Source: an uncultured Desulfatitalea sp. (GTDB lineage: Bacteria > Desulfobacterota > Desulfobacteria > Desulfobacterales > Desulfosarcinaceae). From it: a stretch of DNA of 64,000 nucleotides. The translations under genes and the position numbers were made by a program. The notes under the pieces were generated by a model. The model was not told the origin of the DNA. It saw only the letters and a list, made by a program, of their open reading frames with translations, and did not search any database. Below are positions 52,193 through 61,882 of the stretch, piece after piece (within the stretch, counting starts at the first letter, position 1; every line of letters starts with the position of its first letter). The stretch is taken from assembly GCA_963668675.2 (NCBI GenBank), contig CAXXMB010000002.1, positions 384,001 through 448,000 of the forward strand, written 5' to 3'.

Positions 52193-52531
52193 CTAAAGAT
52201 CCTTATATTTATCTGCCCTGCCTTTGGCGATTTTCACCGGATATTTTTTCCCGTTTGTAATAATTTTTTCTTTGGCCGCTTCAATAGGATCAATATCAAA
52301 TTTGTCCGCCAGCATGACCAGGTAAATCATTATGTCACCGATTTCTTCTTTAACCATATTTAGCTTTTCAGGATTCAGCTCTTTGCTTTCTTTCTGTGTT
52401 AACCATTGAAAATGCTCCAATAGTTCTGCGACTTCAACACTTAATGCCATAGAAAGATTTTTCGGTGAATGAAACTGCCCCCAATCTCTTGCCATCGCAA
52501 AATCGCGCAATTTTTGTATTAGCTCCTTCAT
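52193..52531 (-). CDS. MazG-like nucleotide pyrophosphohydrolase
   Basis: RDW.QFHSPKNL..EVAELLE.FQW..EEIGD..KYP. Confidence 0.92.
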   Translation of the reverse strand: MKELIQKLRDFAMARDWGQFHSPKNLSMALSVEVAELLEHFQWLTQKESKELNPEKLNMVKEEIGDIMIYLVMLADKFDIDPIEAAKEKIITNGKKYPVKIAKGRADKYKDL

Positions 52532-52625
52532 TTACTATCCTAATTTGAATTAGTTAAGATATCCTCGGAAACTTTCCTGTAAAAACAGATTGATTTTAGC
52601 ACGGCTCGGGTCGGCATCGCCGGGG

Positions 52626-52910
52626 GTCAATAAGAAACCCCCGGCGGTGTCTGCAGGTCGCTCTCTCGGTTATAATTGTTTTGACAGACAAACCGTAAGG
52701 GAAAGGAGTAGACCATGACCGCCAAAACCAAATTAGCACAAAAGCGATTCGCCTTGCTACAGCTTGTTGAAAAATTTGGCAACGTTTCGAAGGCCTGCCG
52801 GATGCACAAGGCGTTCCGAAGCCAGTTTTACGAGTATAAGCGTTCCTTCCAGGAGCATGGCCTTGAGGGCTTGATTGACAAGTCGTCTATTCCAGGCTCC
52901 CATCCCAGTG
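52626..52910 (+). pseudogene. IS481 family transposase 5' remnant
   Basis: MTAKTKLAQKR..GNVSKACR..SQFYEYKR.FQEHGLEGLID HTH; sequence then diverges. Confidence 0.75.
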
Positions 52911-53142
52911 AGTCATTAGGTGTTAAATCTCATAAAACGATCTTTTTCCTCTCAGTATCCGTTTTATGTCTTAAAAAATGCAGAAGGATATGCAAAACTT
53001 GCATATTGCATATCCTGAATCCCGTTCCGATGTGCCTTCCTCGAAAATGTTTTCGATGTGTCCAAGGATTTCTCATTAATTAATCACATTGTTGCTGAAA
53101 TTGAACCGATGCCAATTTTGCAACAGTTTTCGAACTTCTCCA

Positions 53143-56100
53143 TCAGTCACCCAACTGTTTAAAGTTGAACGCCATTTTTTGCTCCGTTGCATTTTCAAGC
53201 AACTCCACCAAATGGCGATGATGTGTAAAAAATAGAACTTGTGTCTTTTCCGCCAGCTCGGCCAGCACATCCAATGTGGCCAGGGCCCGCTCATCGTCGA
53301 ATCGCAGCAGGATGTCGTCCACGACGAACGGCAGGGGTTCGTTGTTCTCCAGGTATTGTTCGAGGCTGGCCAGGCGCAGGGACAGGTAGAGTTGGTCGGC
53401 GGTGCCGTCGCTCATGCCGTCGACGGTGACCTGGGCGTCGGTTTCGGAGCGGATGCCGACCAGGACCGGGTTGCCTCGGTCGTCGTAGTCGGCGCGCAGG
53501 CGGCTGAAGGCGCCCAAGGTCATGCGGGCGAAGAGGTCGCTGGCCCGGGCGATCAGGGGGCCCTGGTGTTTTTCGCGGTACTGTTCGACGGTTCTGGCCA
53601 GGATGATTGCGGCGATTTTCAGGCGGGCGTAGTGTTCGACGTCGGATTCCAGTCCGGCCAGCAGGCGCTCGGCTTCCTCGGCGTGGGTGGCGGCCTGGGA
53701 GCTGCCGTCCATCTGGTCGAGGGTGGCCTTCAGGGCGCCGATCTTCTGGTCGAGGTCCGAGCGCTCCGTTTCCAGGGCTTGGGTGGTTTCCTCCAGCTCG
53801 TGCAGTTCGGGGTCGATGCGGTCGGCATCCATGGCGGCGGCTTCGGCGCTGAAGGCGTCGACGGTGGCGCCGGCGCTGAGTTTGCGCAGCTGCTGGTCGA
53901 GGTCGGCGAGTTCCCGGGTCAGCGCTTTGCGCTGCCGGGCGCGCGTTTCGGTTTCGGCCAGGGCTTTGGGATCGGTGCAGTTGGCCTCTTTGCATAGGGC
54001 TTCGATGGTGGTGGTGCATTCAAAGCGGCGGCGCTGGGCGTCTTCCAGCTCTTGTTGGGTGGCCTCCAGGCGTTCGGCGAGGCCGGCCCGCTTGGCGTCG
54101 TCCTTGCGGGCGTGGGTCAGCTTGCCGTTGAGCAGTTCGGCGGCGCGGTCCTGGGATTCGGATTTGAGATCGGGTGCGAGGGTGTCCACCTGTTCTTCCA
54201 CTCGGGCGATGAATTGCGCGCAGTCCCGATCGATGCCTTGGATGCGTTTTTGCAGCACGTCGGCTTCGCCGGTTTTGTTCCTGACGTCGCGGACGCTTTC
54301 GATGACGGCCAGTGCGGCGGTGGGCGTGGCATCGGCGCGAATGCCGATCTTCCCGACGTTGCGCCCCCAGTCGGTCTTCCACTGGGAGAGAGTCTCCTCC
54401 AGTTCCGCCATGGCCGCGGCGCCCTCCTGCCGTTCCGCTTCGAGGCGGCGCAGCTCCTTGTCGGCCGAGGCGATGTTGGCTTCGAGATCGCGTTGGCATT
54501 TGATGTGCTTCTGAGCCGTCTTGATCAGTATGGCGAGGGGTTTGTCTTTATCCTGGGGCACGCCCACGGTATCGAGGGCCGTCAACAGGTCCGATGTGAG
54601 GACCGCCAGCAGGTCGGCGAGGCTTTCGGACTGGCGCTGCCTGGATCGCCAGTCGGCCCGTTTGTCCCGCAGGGATGCCATTTCGGCGAGCCAGGCGCGC
54701 ATCTCTTTGGGGGTTTGGGGCGTGATGGCGGCGGGTTGCCATTCGCGCTGCCACTCGGTTTGCAGTTCACTTTGCTGCTCAAGGGTCTTTTCGAGGGCTG
54801 CGATGATGTCGGCCAGCGCCTTTTCGGCTTTCTCTTTTTGAGCTTCCAGCAGGCCTTTGCGGCTGACCTGGTCGGCTTCGCGGCGGAGGCGGTCGGCGAT
54901 GTGATCGGCCCGGCCCATGCTGGTTTCGAAGGCGGCCGGCAGGTCGGAGGCTTCATCGAAATGGCGAAGTACTTCCTCTGTGGCTTCGGCGGGCGGCGTG
55001 CGGCCTTCGAGGTTCTCCCGGATCAGACCCCAGCCTTTGTCGCGCAGGCCCCGGGCGCTTTTCAGATCGGTTTCGGTGGGGACTTGCTCCGAGAGGTCGA
55101 TGGCCTGGATCCGGGCCTGGGTGTCGGCGATCTCCTCTTCTGCGGCGGCTTTGGCCTCCTGCTGTTTGTCGAAGATGCGGCGTACTTCTTCGAAGCGCTC
55201 TTCGAACCGATCTACTGTTTCCCTGGACGGCAGGGGCAGCTCTTCGATCTGTTCCAGGGGTCCCTTCCAGAGGGTCTGCCGTTTCAGGGTGCGGGTCAAC
55301 GCCTCTTCGAGTGCTGCGGTGGCGGCGCGCATGTCGGCCAGCTGCTTTTCGATGGGGCCGGCTTCCATTGCGATCTGGGCGGCCTGCTCCAGGTTGGAGA
55401 CGTCCACGGGCGGGGGCATGGCCCGGCGCTGTTCGGTCAGCTGGTTGTAGCGGAGTTCGATTTTTTTCTTTAGCCTGGCGGCCGATTCGCGTTGGGTTGT
55501 CAGGCGCTGGTAGGTTTGGGCGAGCTGCTGGATCTCTTCCACGGTGGAGGGGGGCAGCTTCAAGTCGCCGGCCGCCTGGCCCGAGATATCCGCACCGATC
55601 TCTTCGAGCATGGCAACGGCCTGGGATTGCAGGGTTCGCATGCGCGCTTCGAGTGCGGGGCGGTCTTTTTGCGCTTTGCGAAAGCTGCCCAACTCGTGCT
55701 GCAGGGACTCGATGGCGGCGGCGTTTTCGAGCAGGGCCTGGTGCAGCGGCAGGGCGTCGATCTGCTTGCCGATCTTCTCCAGGGCGGCCTGGGAGCGCTC
55801 CAGATCCCGGGTGGCCATCCTCAGCTCTTTTTCGGCGTCGAGGCGTTTGTCTCCGAAATCGTCGCCGAGGTCCGGCACGCCCCGGTAGGCGATGAGGTCG
55901 GCGTCGATCTCCTTTTTGCGGGCCAGAAGCGGCAGGGCGTCGCGGATGCGTTCGAGCCTGGCCGTTCGCTGTTTGTTGGTGGCGAGGGTCTCCTTGACTT
56001 CCGCCATGCGCCGTTGGGCATCGCGGAGCGCCTGATCGTGCTCCTTCCACGTCTTGGGCAGCAGCAGGGCTTCCTTTTGCTGTTGGCGCGCGGTTTTGAT

Positions 56101-56667
56101 GGCCCGGATGGCCTGGTTGATCTTGGGTGCCGAGCCGGTGGGCTTGAACAGGTCGCCGCACTGCTGCTCGATCTCCTGTTGGACGTTCTGCAGCGGAATC
56201 AGCCCCGCGCCGGCGGCGAAGAGGGCTTCGCCGACGCTCCCTTTGCCGGAGATGATCTCTTCGCCGCCGCGCACCAGGTCGTCGTGGCCGATGGCGAACA
56301 TCTGCTCGAAGACGTCGGCGCCGACACCGCCCAGGAACGGGGCCAGGGCGTCGTCGTCGAGCACGGTTTCGTCGTCCGGGCCGCGCAGCGTTTTGACGCG
56401 CCCCTTGCGGCGGATGAAGTCGATCTCTTCGCCGGCGCCGTTCGCCAGGGTGGCCCCGACGCGCAGATGGGCGTAGCCGTGGAGAAAATCGACGGGGGTC
56501 TGGAGCGGTATACCGAAGAGCATGTGCCGCAGGGCCCTCAGGGCCGTGCTTTTACCGGCTTCGTTGGGGCCGTAGACCAGGTGAAAATCGGGACCGGTGT
56601 CTGGCAGGTCGAGGGTGACGTCGGTAAACGGGCCGTAGGCGGCCAGCCGGATGCGCCTGATTTTCAT
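53143..56667 (-). CDS. YhaN-like (AAA_27) coiled-coil ABC ATPase, Rad50/SbcC-like
   Basis: YGPF, YGPNEAGKST, MSDGTADQLYLSLRLA, VVDD, FTHH. Confidence 0.9.
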   Translation of the reverse strand: MKIRRIRLAAYGPFTDVTLDLPDTGPDFHLVYGPNEAGKSTALRALRHMLFGIPLQTPVDFLHGYAHLRVGATLANGAGEEIDFIRRKGRVKTLRGPDDETVLDDDALAPFLGGVGADVFEQMFAIGHDDLVRGGEEIISGKGSVGEALFAAGAGLIPLQNVQQEIEQQCGDLFKPTGSAPKINQAIRAIKTARQQQKEALLLPKTWKEHDQALRDAQRRMAEVKETLATNKQRTARLERIRDALPLLARKKEIDADLIAYRGVPDLGDDFGDKRLDAEKELRMATRDLERSQAALEKIGKQIDALPLHQALLENAAAIESLQHELGSFRKAQKDRPALEARMRTLQSQAVAMLEEIGADISGQAAGDLKLPPSTVEEIQQLAQTYQRLTTQRESAARLKKKIELRYNQLTEQRRAMPPPVDVSNLEQAAQIAMEAGPIEKQLADMRAATAALEEALTRTLKRQTLWKGPLEQIEELPLPSRETVDRFEERFEEVRRIFDKQQEAKAAAEEEIADTQARIQAIDLSEQVPTETDLKSARGLRDKGWGLIRENLEGRTPPAEATEEVLRHFDEASDLPAAFETSMGRADHIADRLRREADQVSRKGLLEAQKEKAEKALADIIAALEKTLEQQSELQTEWQREWQPAAITPQTPKEMRAWLAEMASLRDKRADWRSRQRQSESLADLLAVLTSDLLTALDTVGVPQDKDKPLAILIKTAQKHIKCQRDLEANIASADKELRRLEAERQEGAAAMAELEETLSQWKTDWGRNVGKIGIRADATPTAALAVIESVRDVRNKTGEADVLQKRIQGIDRDCAQFIARVEEQVDTLAPDLKSESQDRAAELLNGKLTHARKDDAKRAGLAERLEATQQELEDAQRRRFECTTTIEALCKEANCTDPKALAETETRARQRKALTRELADLDQQLRKLSAGATVDAFSAEAAAMDADRIDPELHELEETTQALETERSDLDQKIGALKATLDQMDGSSQAATHAEEAERLLAGLESDVEHYARLKIAAIILARTVEQYREKHQGPLIARASDLFARMTLGAFSRLRADYDDRGNPVLVGIRSETDAQVTVDGMSDGTADQLYLSLRLASLEQYLENNEPLPFVVDDILLRFDDERALATLDVLAELAEKTQVLFFTHHRHLVELLENATEQKMAFNFKQLGD

Positions 56668-57917
56668 GATGCGGCGGCCTCCTTTTTCAGGCGCCGGGCC
56701 AGCAGGGCATGGGCCTGTTCGATCAGTTCGCGCATCTGCTGCGGCTCTTCGGGCTGGAGGCTCGTGTCGCCCTGGCGGTAGTCGGGCGGCAGTTTCTGAA
56801 AGAGGCTTGCCAGTTCCTGGCCCAGGGCCAGCAACGCGTCGTCATCGCATGTCAGCGCTTGCACCAGCGCACTTAGCTCGCGCAACGGTCCGGGATCGGC
56901 ATCGGGCTGGATGAGCGGGGTGGTCTTGACCTTGACCTTTTCGATCCACACCCGGTCCCCGAAATGGGCCAGGGCCGTGGATCTGACCGACTCCTTGAGG
57001 TGTCCGGGATCTGCGGCGATCCGGCTGTGGAGGTCGGTGGCGCCGCTGAAGGTCAGGCGGGCGACCACCGGCTTGGGATCATGCCGGTCGAGCGTCTCTG
57101 TGAGGGCGGCCTGGCAGCGCTCCAGGATCTCGTCGACATTTGCCGCGCCATCCAGATCGACAGTCAGCGGCTCCCAGCGGATCACGTCGACGGCGTGACG
57201 GACGATTTCCGGGGAGGCCCCCTCTTCGACCGTTACCAGCACACAGCCTTTGCCGCCGGGCTCCCGGATGTGGCGCCCTTGGATGCAGCCAGGGAAGACG
57301 ATGGGCGGGTCTACGGAAACGGTTTCGAATTGATGCACGTGGCCCAGGGCCCAGTAGTCGTAGCCCTTGTGGATCAGGTCGGCGAGGGTGCACGGGGCGT
57401 AGTTTTCGTGCCCCTCCCGGCCGGTGAGGCTGGTGTGCAGCAGGCCGATGTTGAAATGGCCGGAAACCGGTTCGGGGTAGTCCAGGGTGATGTTGTCGGT
57501 GACGGCCGTCTTGGAGAAGCTCTGGCCGTGGACGGCCACGTTGAGATCTTCGAGGATGCGGGTTTCGGGTTTGCGCGACGAGAAGAGATGCACGTTGTCG
57601 GGATACGGCAGGGTGCGCGTCATGCGGCCGGCGGCGTCGTGGTTGCCGGAGATGATCAAGGCCCGGATGCCGGCTTCGGCGAGGCGCCGCATCTGTCTGA
57701 TGAAGTAGAGGCCGGTGTTGTAATCCTTCCAGTCGCCGTCGAAGAGGTCGCCGGCGATGAGCACGAAATCCACCGCCTCTTCGACGGCCAGGTCGATGAG
57801 GTTCTCAAAGGCGCGCCGCGAGGCCTGGCGGATCTCTTCGACGGGTGCGCCTTCGTATGCTTCCAGCCGGTGCAGGGGGCTGTCCAGATGGATGTCGGCG
57901 GTGTGGATGAATTTCAT
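56664..57917 (-). CDS. YhaO-like Mre11/SbcD metallophosphoesterase DNA exonuclease
   Basis: ADIHLD, AGDLFD, GNHD, LGHVH. Confidence 0.92.
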   Translation of the reverse strand: MKFIHTADIHLDSPLHRLEAYEGAPVEEIRQASRRAFENLIDLAVEEAVDFVLIAGDLFDGDWKDYNTGLYFIRQMRRLAEAGIRALIISGNHDAAGRMTRTLPYPDNVHLFSSRKPETRILEDLNVAVHGQSFSKTAVTDNITLDYPEPVSGHFNIGLLHTSLTGREGHENYAPCTLADLIHKGYDYWALGHVHQFETVSVDPPIVFPGCIQGRHIREPGGKGCVLVTVEEGASPEIVRHAVDVIRWEPLTVDLDGAANVDEILERCQAALTETLDRHDPKPVVARLTFSGATDLHSRIAADPGHLKESVRSTALAHFGDRVWIEKVKVKTTPLIQPDADPGPLRELSALVQALTCDDDALLALGQELASLFQKLPPDYRQGDTSLQPEEPQQMRELIEQAHALLARRLKKEAAAS

Positions 57918-58007
57918 TTTAGTTCCTTAACTTCGATGGGCTCCTGCGGCGTTGCCGGTTTGGCGCCGTCGCCATGTGCTGTTGCCGACCTTGATATCAT
58001 ACAATCG

Positions 58008-58040
58008 AGGTTACCACATCACTGTGTCAGATCGGGTCAA
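58008..58040 (-). promoter_or_regulatory. Promoter motif TGACAC-N10-TAACCT upstream of yhaO-yhaN
   Basis: Matches the motif at 35658-35691. Confidence 0.6.
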
Positions 58041-58042
58041 TA

Positions 58043-58654
58043 TCAGGCCGATTTTTTAAGTCGCCCCTCCTTCTTTTCATGGTGGTTCATCAAACTCATT
58101 TTGCAGAACTCGATGGTTGCCGCTTCCACGCCGTCCAATTGATCCGGTTCGGCAATCTGCCGCTGCACCAGGCCATTGAGCAGCGCAATGAACATGTTGG
58201 CCGTTGCGTCGACGTCGACCGGGCGGAATTCTTCCTGAACCATCCCTTTTTCGATGATCTCCGTCACGGTTCGCTTCAATTTGGTGCGGCTTCTTCGATA
58301 GGACCGGATACAGGCGTTTTCCTGGTCTTCAAAACGGGCCGGGCAAGTTCTGATCAAGATACGCATGCATTCGGGCTCGTGGCGGACAATTGAGAAATGC
58401 ATGCGGATCAGGGCTTCGATGGCGTCAAAGGCGGTGAGACCAGACGGGTGCAGCCTGTTGAGCTGCTCCATGTAGATGGCTGAGGCTGTTTCGATGATGG
58501 TGGAAAACAGAGCGGTTTTGTTTTTGAAGTGGTAGAAAACGGTGGGTTCGGTAACGCCGACCTCCCTTGCGATCTGGAGGGTGGTGGTCGCCTCGTAGCC
58601 CTGTGCGGCAAACAGCCGAATGGCGGTTTTGAAGATAGCGGCCTTTTTGTTCAC
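58043..58654 (-). CDS. TetR/AcrR family regulator
   Basis: LFAAQGYEATT..IAREVGV..TVFYHFKNK. Confidence 0.92.
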   Translation of the reverse strand: MNKKAAIFKTAIRLFAAQGYEATTTLQIAREVGVTEPTVFYHFKNKTALFSTIIETASAIYMEQLNRLHPSGLTAFDAIEALIRMHFSIVRHEPECMRILIRTCPARFEDQENACIRSYRRSRTKLKRTVTEIIEKGMVQEEFRPVDVDATANMFIALLNGLVQRQIAEPDQLDGVEAATIEFCKMSLMNHHEKKEGRLKKSA

Positions 58655-58720
58655 CTTCTGTTCCAGTTCATAATTTGTGCGATTGAGTCCATTTGGGCCG
58701 GCGAAATGATTCTTTTCTTT

Positions 58721-58734
58721 TTAGTAATTACTAA
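58721..58734. promoter_or_regulatory. Candidate TetR operator TTAGTAATTACTAA
   Basis: Perfect palindrome in the spacer of TTGACT-17-TAAAAA upstream of tetR. Confidence 0.55.
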
Positions 58735-59569
58735 GTTGAGAGTCAATCCCTTGTTATCCCTGTCTGCCTATGCACTTGGCGCCACAAAGTCCCCCTTTCC
58801 CAAAGGGGGGCGGGGATGCCCCCCGCCCAGCACGGTCCGGTCCGTCAAACGACTCTCCTTGCAAGAAGAAAACCATCCTATTCGCCATGGAACTGTTTTT
58901 CCTTGAAATTGCCGCGTGTGGAAGGTTTGCGCCTGATGGAGGGTACTGAAAATGATTGGAACTGACATGAATGGGGGCAGTCAAGCAGCGATCCATCCGA
59001 TTTTTTGGCAACGAACTGACAAGCTTTGTCAGTTCGCCACTGCCTTTCAACGGTTATCTGAAATGCGCATGCAGGCAGCCCGCAAGCAAGGCTGGCCTGC
59101 ATCGAAGCGTTGGTTTGTGATTCAAAAGCCGTGTCTCTGCTGCAATAGTTCAGGATAGGAAATGGAGTTGACGATGGATTTCACTATGCGACCCCGGGGG
59201 GACTCCCGGTGGCCGCCCCTTCCGCCTGACGCTTGCGGACGGAACCGTGGTGCACGCCTTGATAGAAGACAAGCGCCTGGGTCTGAATCTTTTTGATTCG
59301 GCGGTGACGGTCTCCGTCGCCCCTGATCGTCAACAGGCGACGGGACAACAGTTCGCCCTGCTTAGAAAACGGCCGAAGGTGCCGAAAATCCCTGGAAAGC
59401 ATTTTTACAATCCGCTCCAGATAAAACCCTCAGCGATGAGATCCAGTGTGCGGTCCTGGCGACGCTGATCGAGGACCAGTTCGTTGAGATTGGTTTGTTT
59501 TTGGGTCGGTGGAACGATTCAATCGTTGGCCCGAAACGGGTTCGGGCCGACTTCATCATTGCCTGACGG

Positions 59570-60289
59570 TTAGTCGAAAGCCATTTCGGTTTTCCATACC
59601 TCCCAAACCTTACCGACGAGGTCCGGGCCGGGTTTCAGAGTGACCTTGCCGGGTCTCCATCCTGAAGGCGTCGCCTCTGCGCCTTTGGTGTCCCTTATCA
59701 GCTGAAATGCCTGCACCTGGCGAAAGGTCTCTTCCACGTTACGGCCCACCGGCGGGGTCAAGACTTCATAACCTTGGAGTACACCCTCCGGATCGATGAT
59801 GAACCGCCCGCGGGTCTCGACACCGGCGTCTTCATCGAACACACCGTATGCTTTGCCCACGCGACCGCCTGCATCGGACAACATGGGGAAGGGAATGCCG
59901 CCTTTCACCATTTTGGAGAGCTCCTTGTCGTCCCACATCTTATGCACAAAAACGCTGTCGATGCTGAGCGAAAGAAGTTCTACACCGAGCTTTTGAAATT
60001 CCGGGTATTTTTCGGCAACTGCCGAAATCTCTGTGGCTCAGACGAAGGTAAAATCCCCGGGATAGAAGCACAGCAGTACCCACTTGCCTAAATACTCCGA
60101 CAGTTTGACGGATACGAATTTACCTTTCAGGTATGCGGGTGCGACAAAATCAGGCACTTTCTTTCCAACCTGGATCATGGGCTTCACCTCCCTTGGACTT
60201 TCCGGTTGACTTACGGTTTGAGCTTCTGGGCTCTCCCCAACTGGACCACCTGTCGGTCTTGCACAACCGACATCCATCTCTTCCGGCAT
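59570..60289 (-). CDS. prxU: Selenocysteine-containing peroxiredoxin (AhpC/PrxU type)
   Basis: [15 protein letters not shown] with TGA at 60038-60040; in frame with 59570-59947; SECIS TTTCGGC-AGTT-GCCGAAA at 60010-60027. Confidence 0.93.
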
Positions 60290-60335
60290 GACTTCCTCCT
60301 ATTGATGGGGTTTGATTTTCCTGCTTGGTTAATGC

Positions 60336-60860
60336 TTATAAATTTTTTCTTTCAAAAAAGCGGAACAGCAGTATGGCGGCAACGGCCAGCAGTGCAATGA
60401 CAAACCAGTGACTGATGCCAAGCACTTGGGGCAAGGTCACTTTTCCAAAGTCTCCGATAGGGATCACGTTGGTTTTCATAAAGGGATAAGCCGCCGCATA
60501 AAGCCCTCCGCCGCATAGCATGCCGAAGATTCCCCAAAGCCCGTCGAATCGGCCTTCTCCCAGCGCACCTGCCGCCGTTCCCGGACAGTACCCCAGCAGA
60601 CCCCAGCCGATGCCGAACAGTGTACCGCCGAGCAGCTGAGCACCTATGGAGGTCGACTTGACACTCAATTTTATCAGGCCGAGATCTTTGAGAAGATAAA
60701 TGCCGATAGATGCCACGACAATTGCGCTCAACATGAATTTGAGGATGGTCATGTCCATCAATCTCAGGGCGCCGACCTGCTTGTCGTACCGGAGTACGTG
60801 TGCCCGCTGCAGAAGAACGCCGAAAATGATGCCGGTGATAACACCTTGCAGTAAGCTCAT
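60336..60860 (-). CDS. YeeE/YedE family (thiosulfate/sulfur transporter-like) membrane protein
   Basis: FGVLLQR, GGTLFGIGWGLLGYCPGT. Confidence 0.88.
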   Translation of the reverse strand: MSLLQGVITGIIFGVLLQRAHVLRYDKQVGALRLMDMTILKFMLSAIVVASIGIYLLKDLGLIKLSVKSTSIGAQLLGGTLFGIGWGLLGYCPGTAAGALGEGRFDGLWGIFGMLCGGGLYAAAYPFMKTNVIPIGDFGKVTLPQVLGISHWFVIALLAVAAILLFRFFERKNL

Positions 60861-60863
60861 CTC

Positions 60864-61391
60864 TTATTTCCTTTGGATGCCGTAAATGAGGTTGGCGGAA
60901 ATCAGCCCGCCGATAAAGAATGCAATCAATGCAATGAATCCGCTGACAGAAAGCTGAGCAAGACCGCTCAGTCCATGTCCGCTGGGTCACCCGCCCGCAA
61001 GCCTCGCGCCGAACAATGCGACGGTTCCTCCCAAAAATGCGACCACTGCCCTTTTGAGCGGACTGGGTCCGAACCGCTGATGCCACATGTCGGGAACCGC
61101 CTGAAATTTGAAGTCGCCGGACAGCTTTGCTGCCAGAAATCCACCGATGATAATGCCGACGACAAACATCAACTGCCAGTTGGGCAATGACGTTGGGCCA
61201 TATTTGCCTTTACCGGTAGTAAAATAGTCGATCACTGATGTGTCGATGCCAAAAGCTTGTTCGATGACCGAGGCACTGCGGGCAAAGGTTGTTGATGCCC
61301 CGAGAAATTTCCCACTGATCAACACCGACAAGACCAGCAAAACCCCGACCAGGCCGCCGGTAAGATAGGGGTTCCAAGGTTTCTTTAGCAT
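60864..61391 (-). CDS. Selenocysteine-containing YeeE/YedE family membrane protein
   Basis: WNPYLTG..GARLAGG-U-PSGHGLSG with TGA at 60987-60989; reads on to TAA at 60864; SECIS CTGAGC-GGTCTT-GCTCAG at 60954-60971. Confidence 0.88.
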
Positions 61392-61782
61392 GGCTCCTCC
61401 GCATACGCTGTTAGGTGTAATCTTTTTGTTCATTGGATACCGAAAAATTTAATTACAAGCATAGGCTCATAATTCCAATTTGTAAAGCGCCATCGACCAT
61501 GCCCGAGCTTCAGCCGCGGCTTCTAATCTTTTAACAATAATAAAATGATAGTAGAAATCCCCCTAAATCCCCATTTGGAAAAGGGGGACTTTCTGAAGCC
61601 AGGTGCATAACCATAAAAATAATTTAGAGGAAGACGGCAGCGACTACAAAGTTTTACTGGAGCTAGAATTATTTAATTTCAAGCGATTGTTCATAACATA
61701 TGTCTTGATTAAAAATATAAATCTGGCAGATTTCTGCCATTGCAATGGCTAAAAAGGGCTAAAACGAGCTAAAAAAGAGAAT

Positions 61783-61815
61783 GAAAAGGGGGATACCCAA
61801 AGCTGGATATCCCCC
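61783..61815 (-). terminator. Intrinsic terminator downstream of the tRNA-Leu 3' end
   Basis: GGGGGATATCCA-GCTT-TGGGTATCCCCC followed by TTTT. Confidence 0.7.
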
Positions 61816-61827
61816 TGTTTTTTTATA

Positions 61828-61882
61828 TGGTGCCGGAGGAGAGAATCGAACTCTCAAGGGGTTGCCCCCGGCGGATTTTGAG
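61828..61882 (-). tRNA. 3' half of tRNA-Leu(CAA), displaced fragment (att site)
   Basis: CTCAAAA anticodon loop, GGGG-GCAA-CCCC variable arm, GAGAG-TTCGATT-CTCTC T arm, ACCA end; 5' half absent. Confidence 0.85.

Noticed and set aside
53239..58142. Many long overlapping ORFs (up to 473 aa)
   Set aside because: Shadow frames of GC-rich yhaN/yhaO
59160..59560. Possible gene remnant downstream of prxU
   Set aside because: Coding-like but fragmented, with no recognisable family
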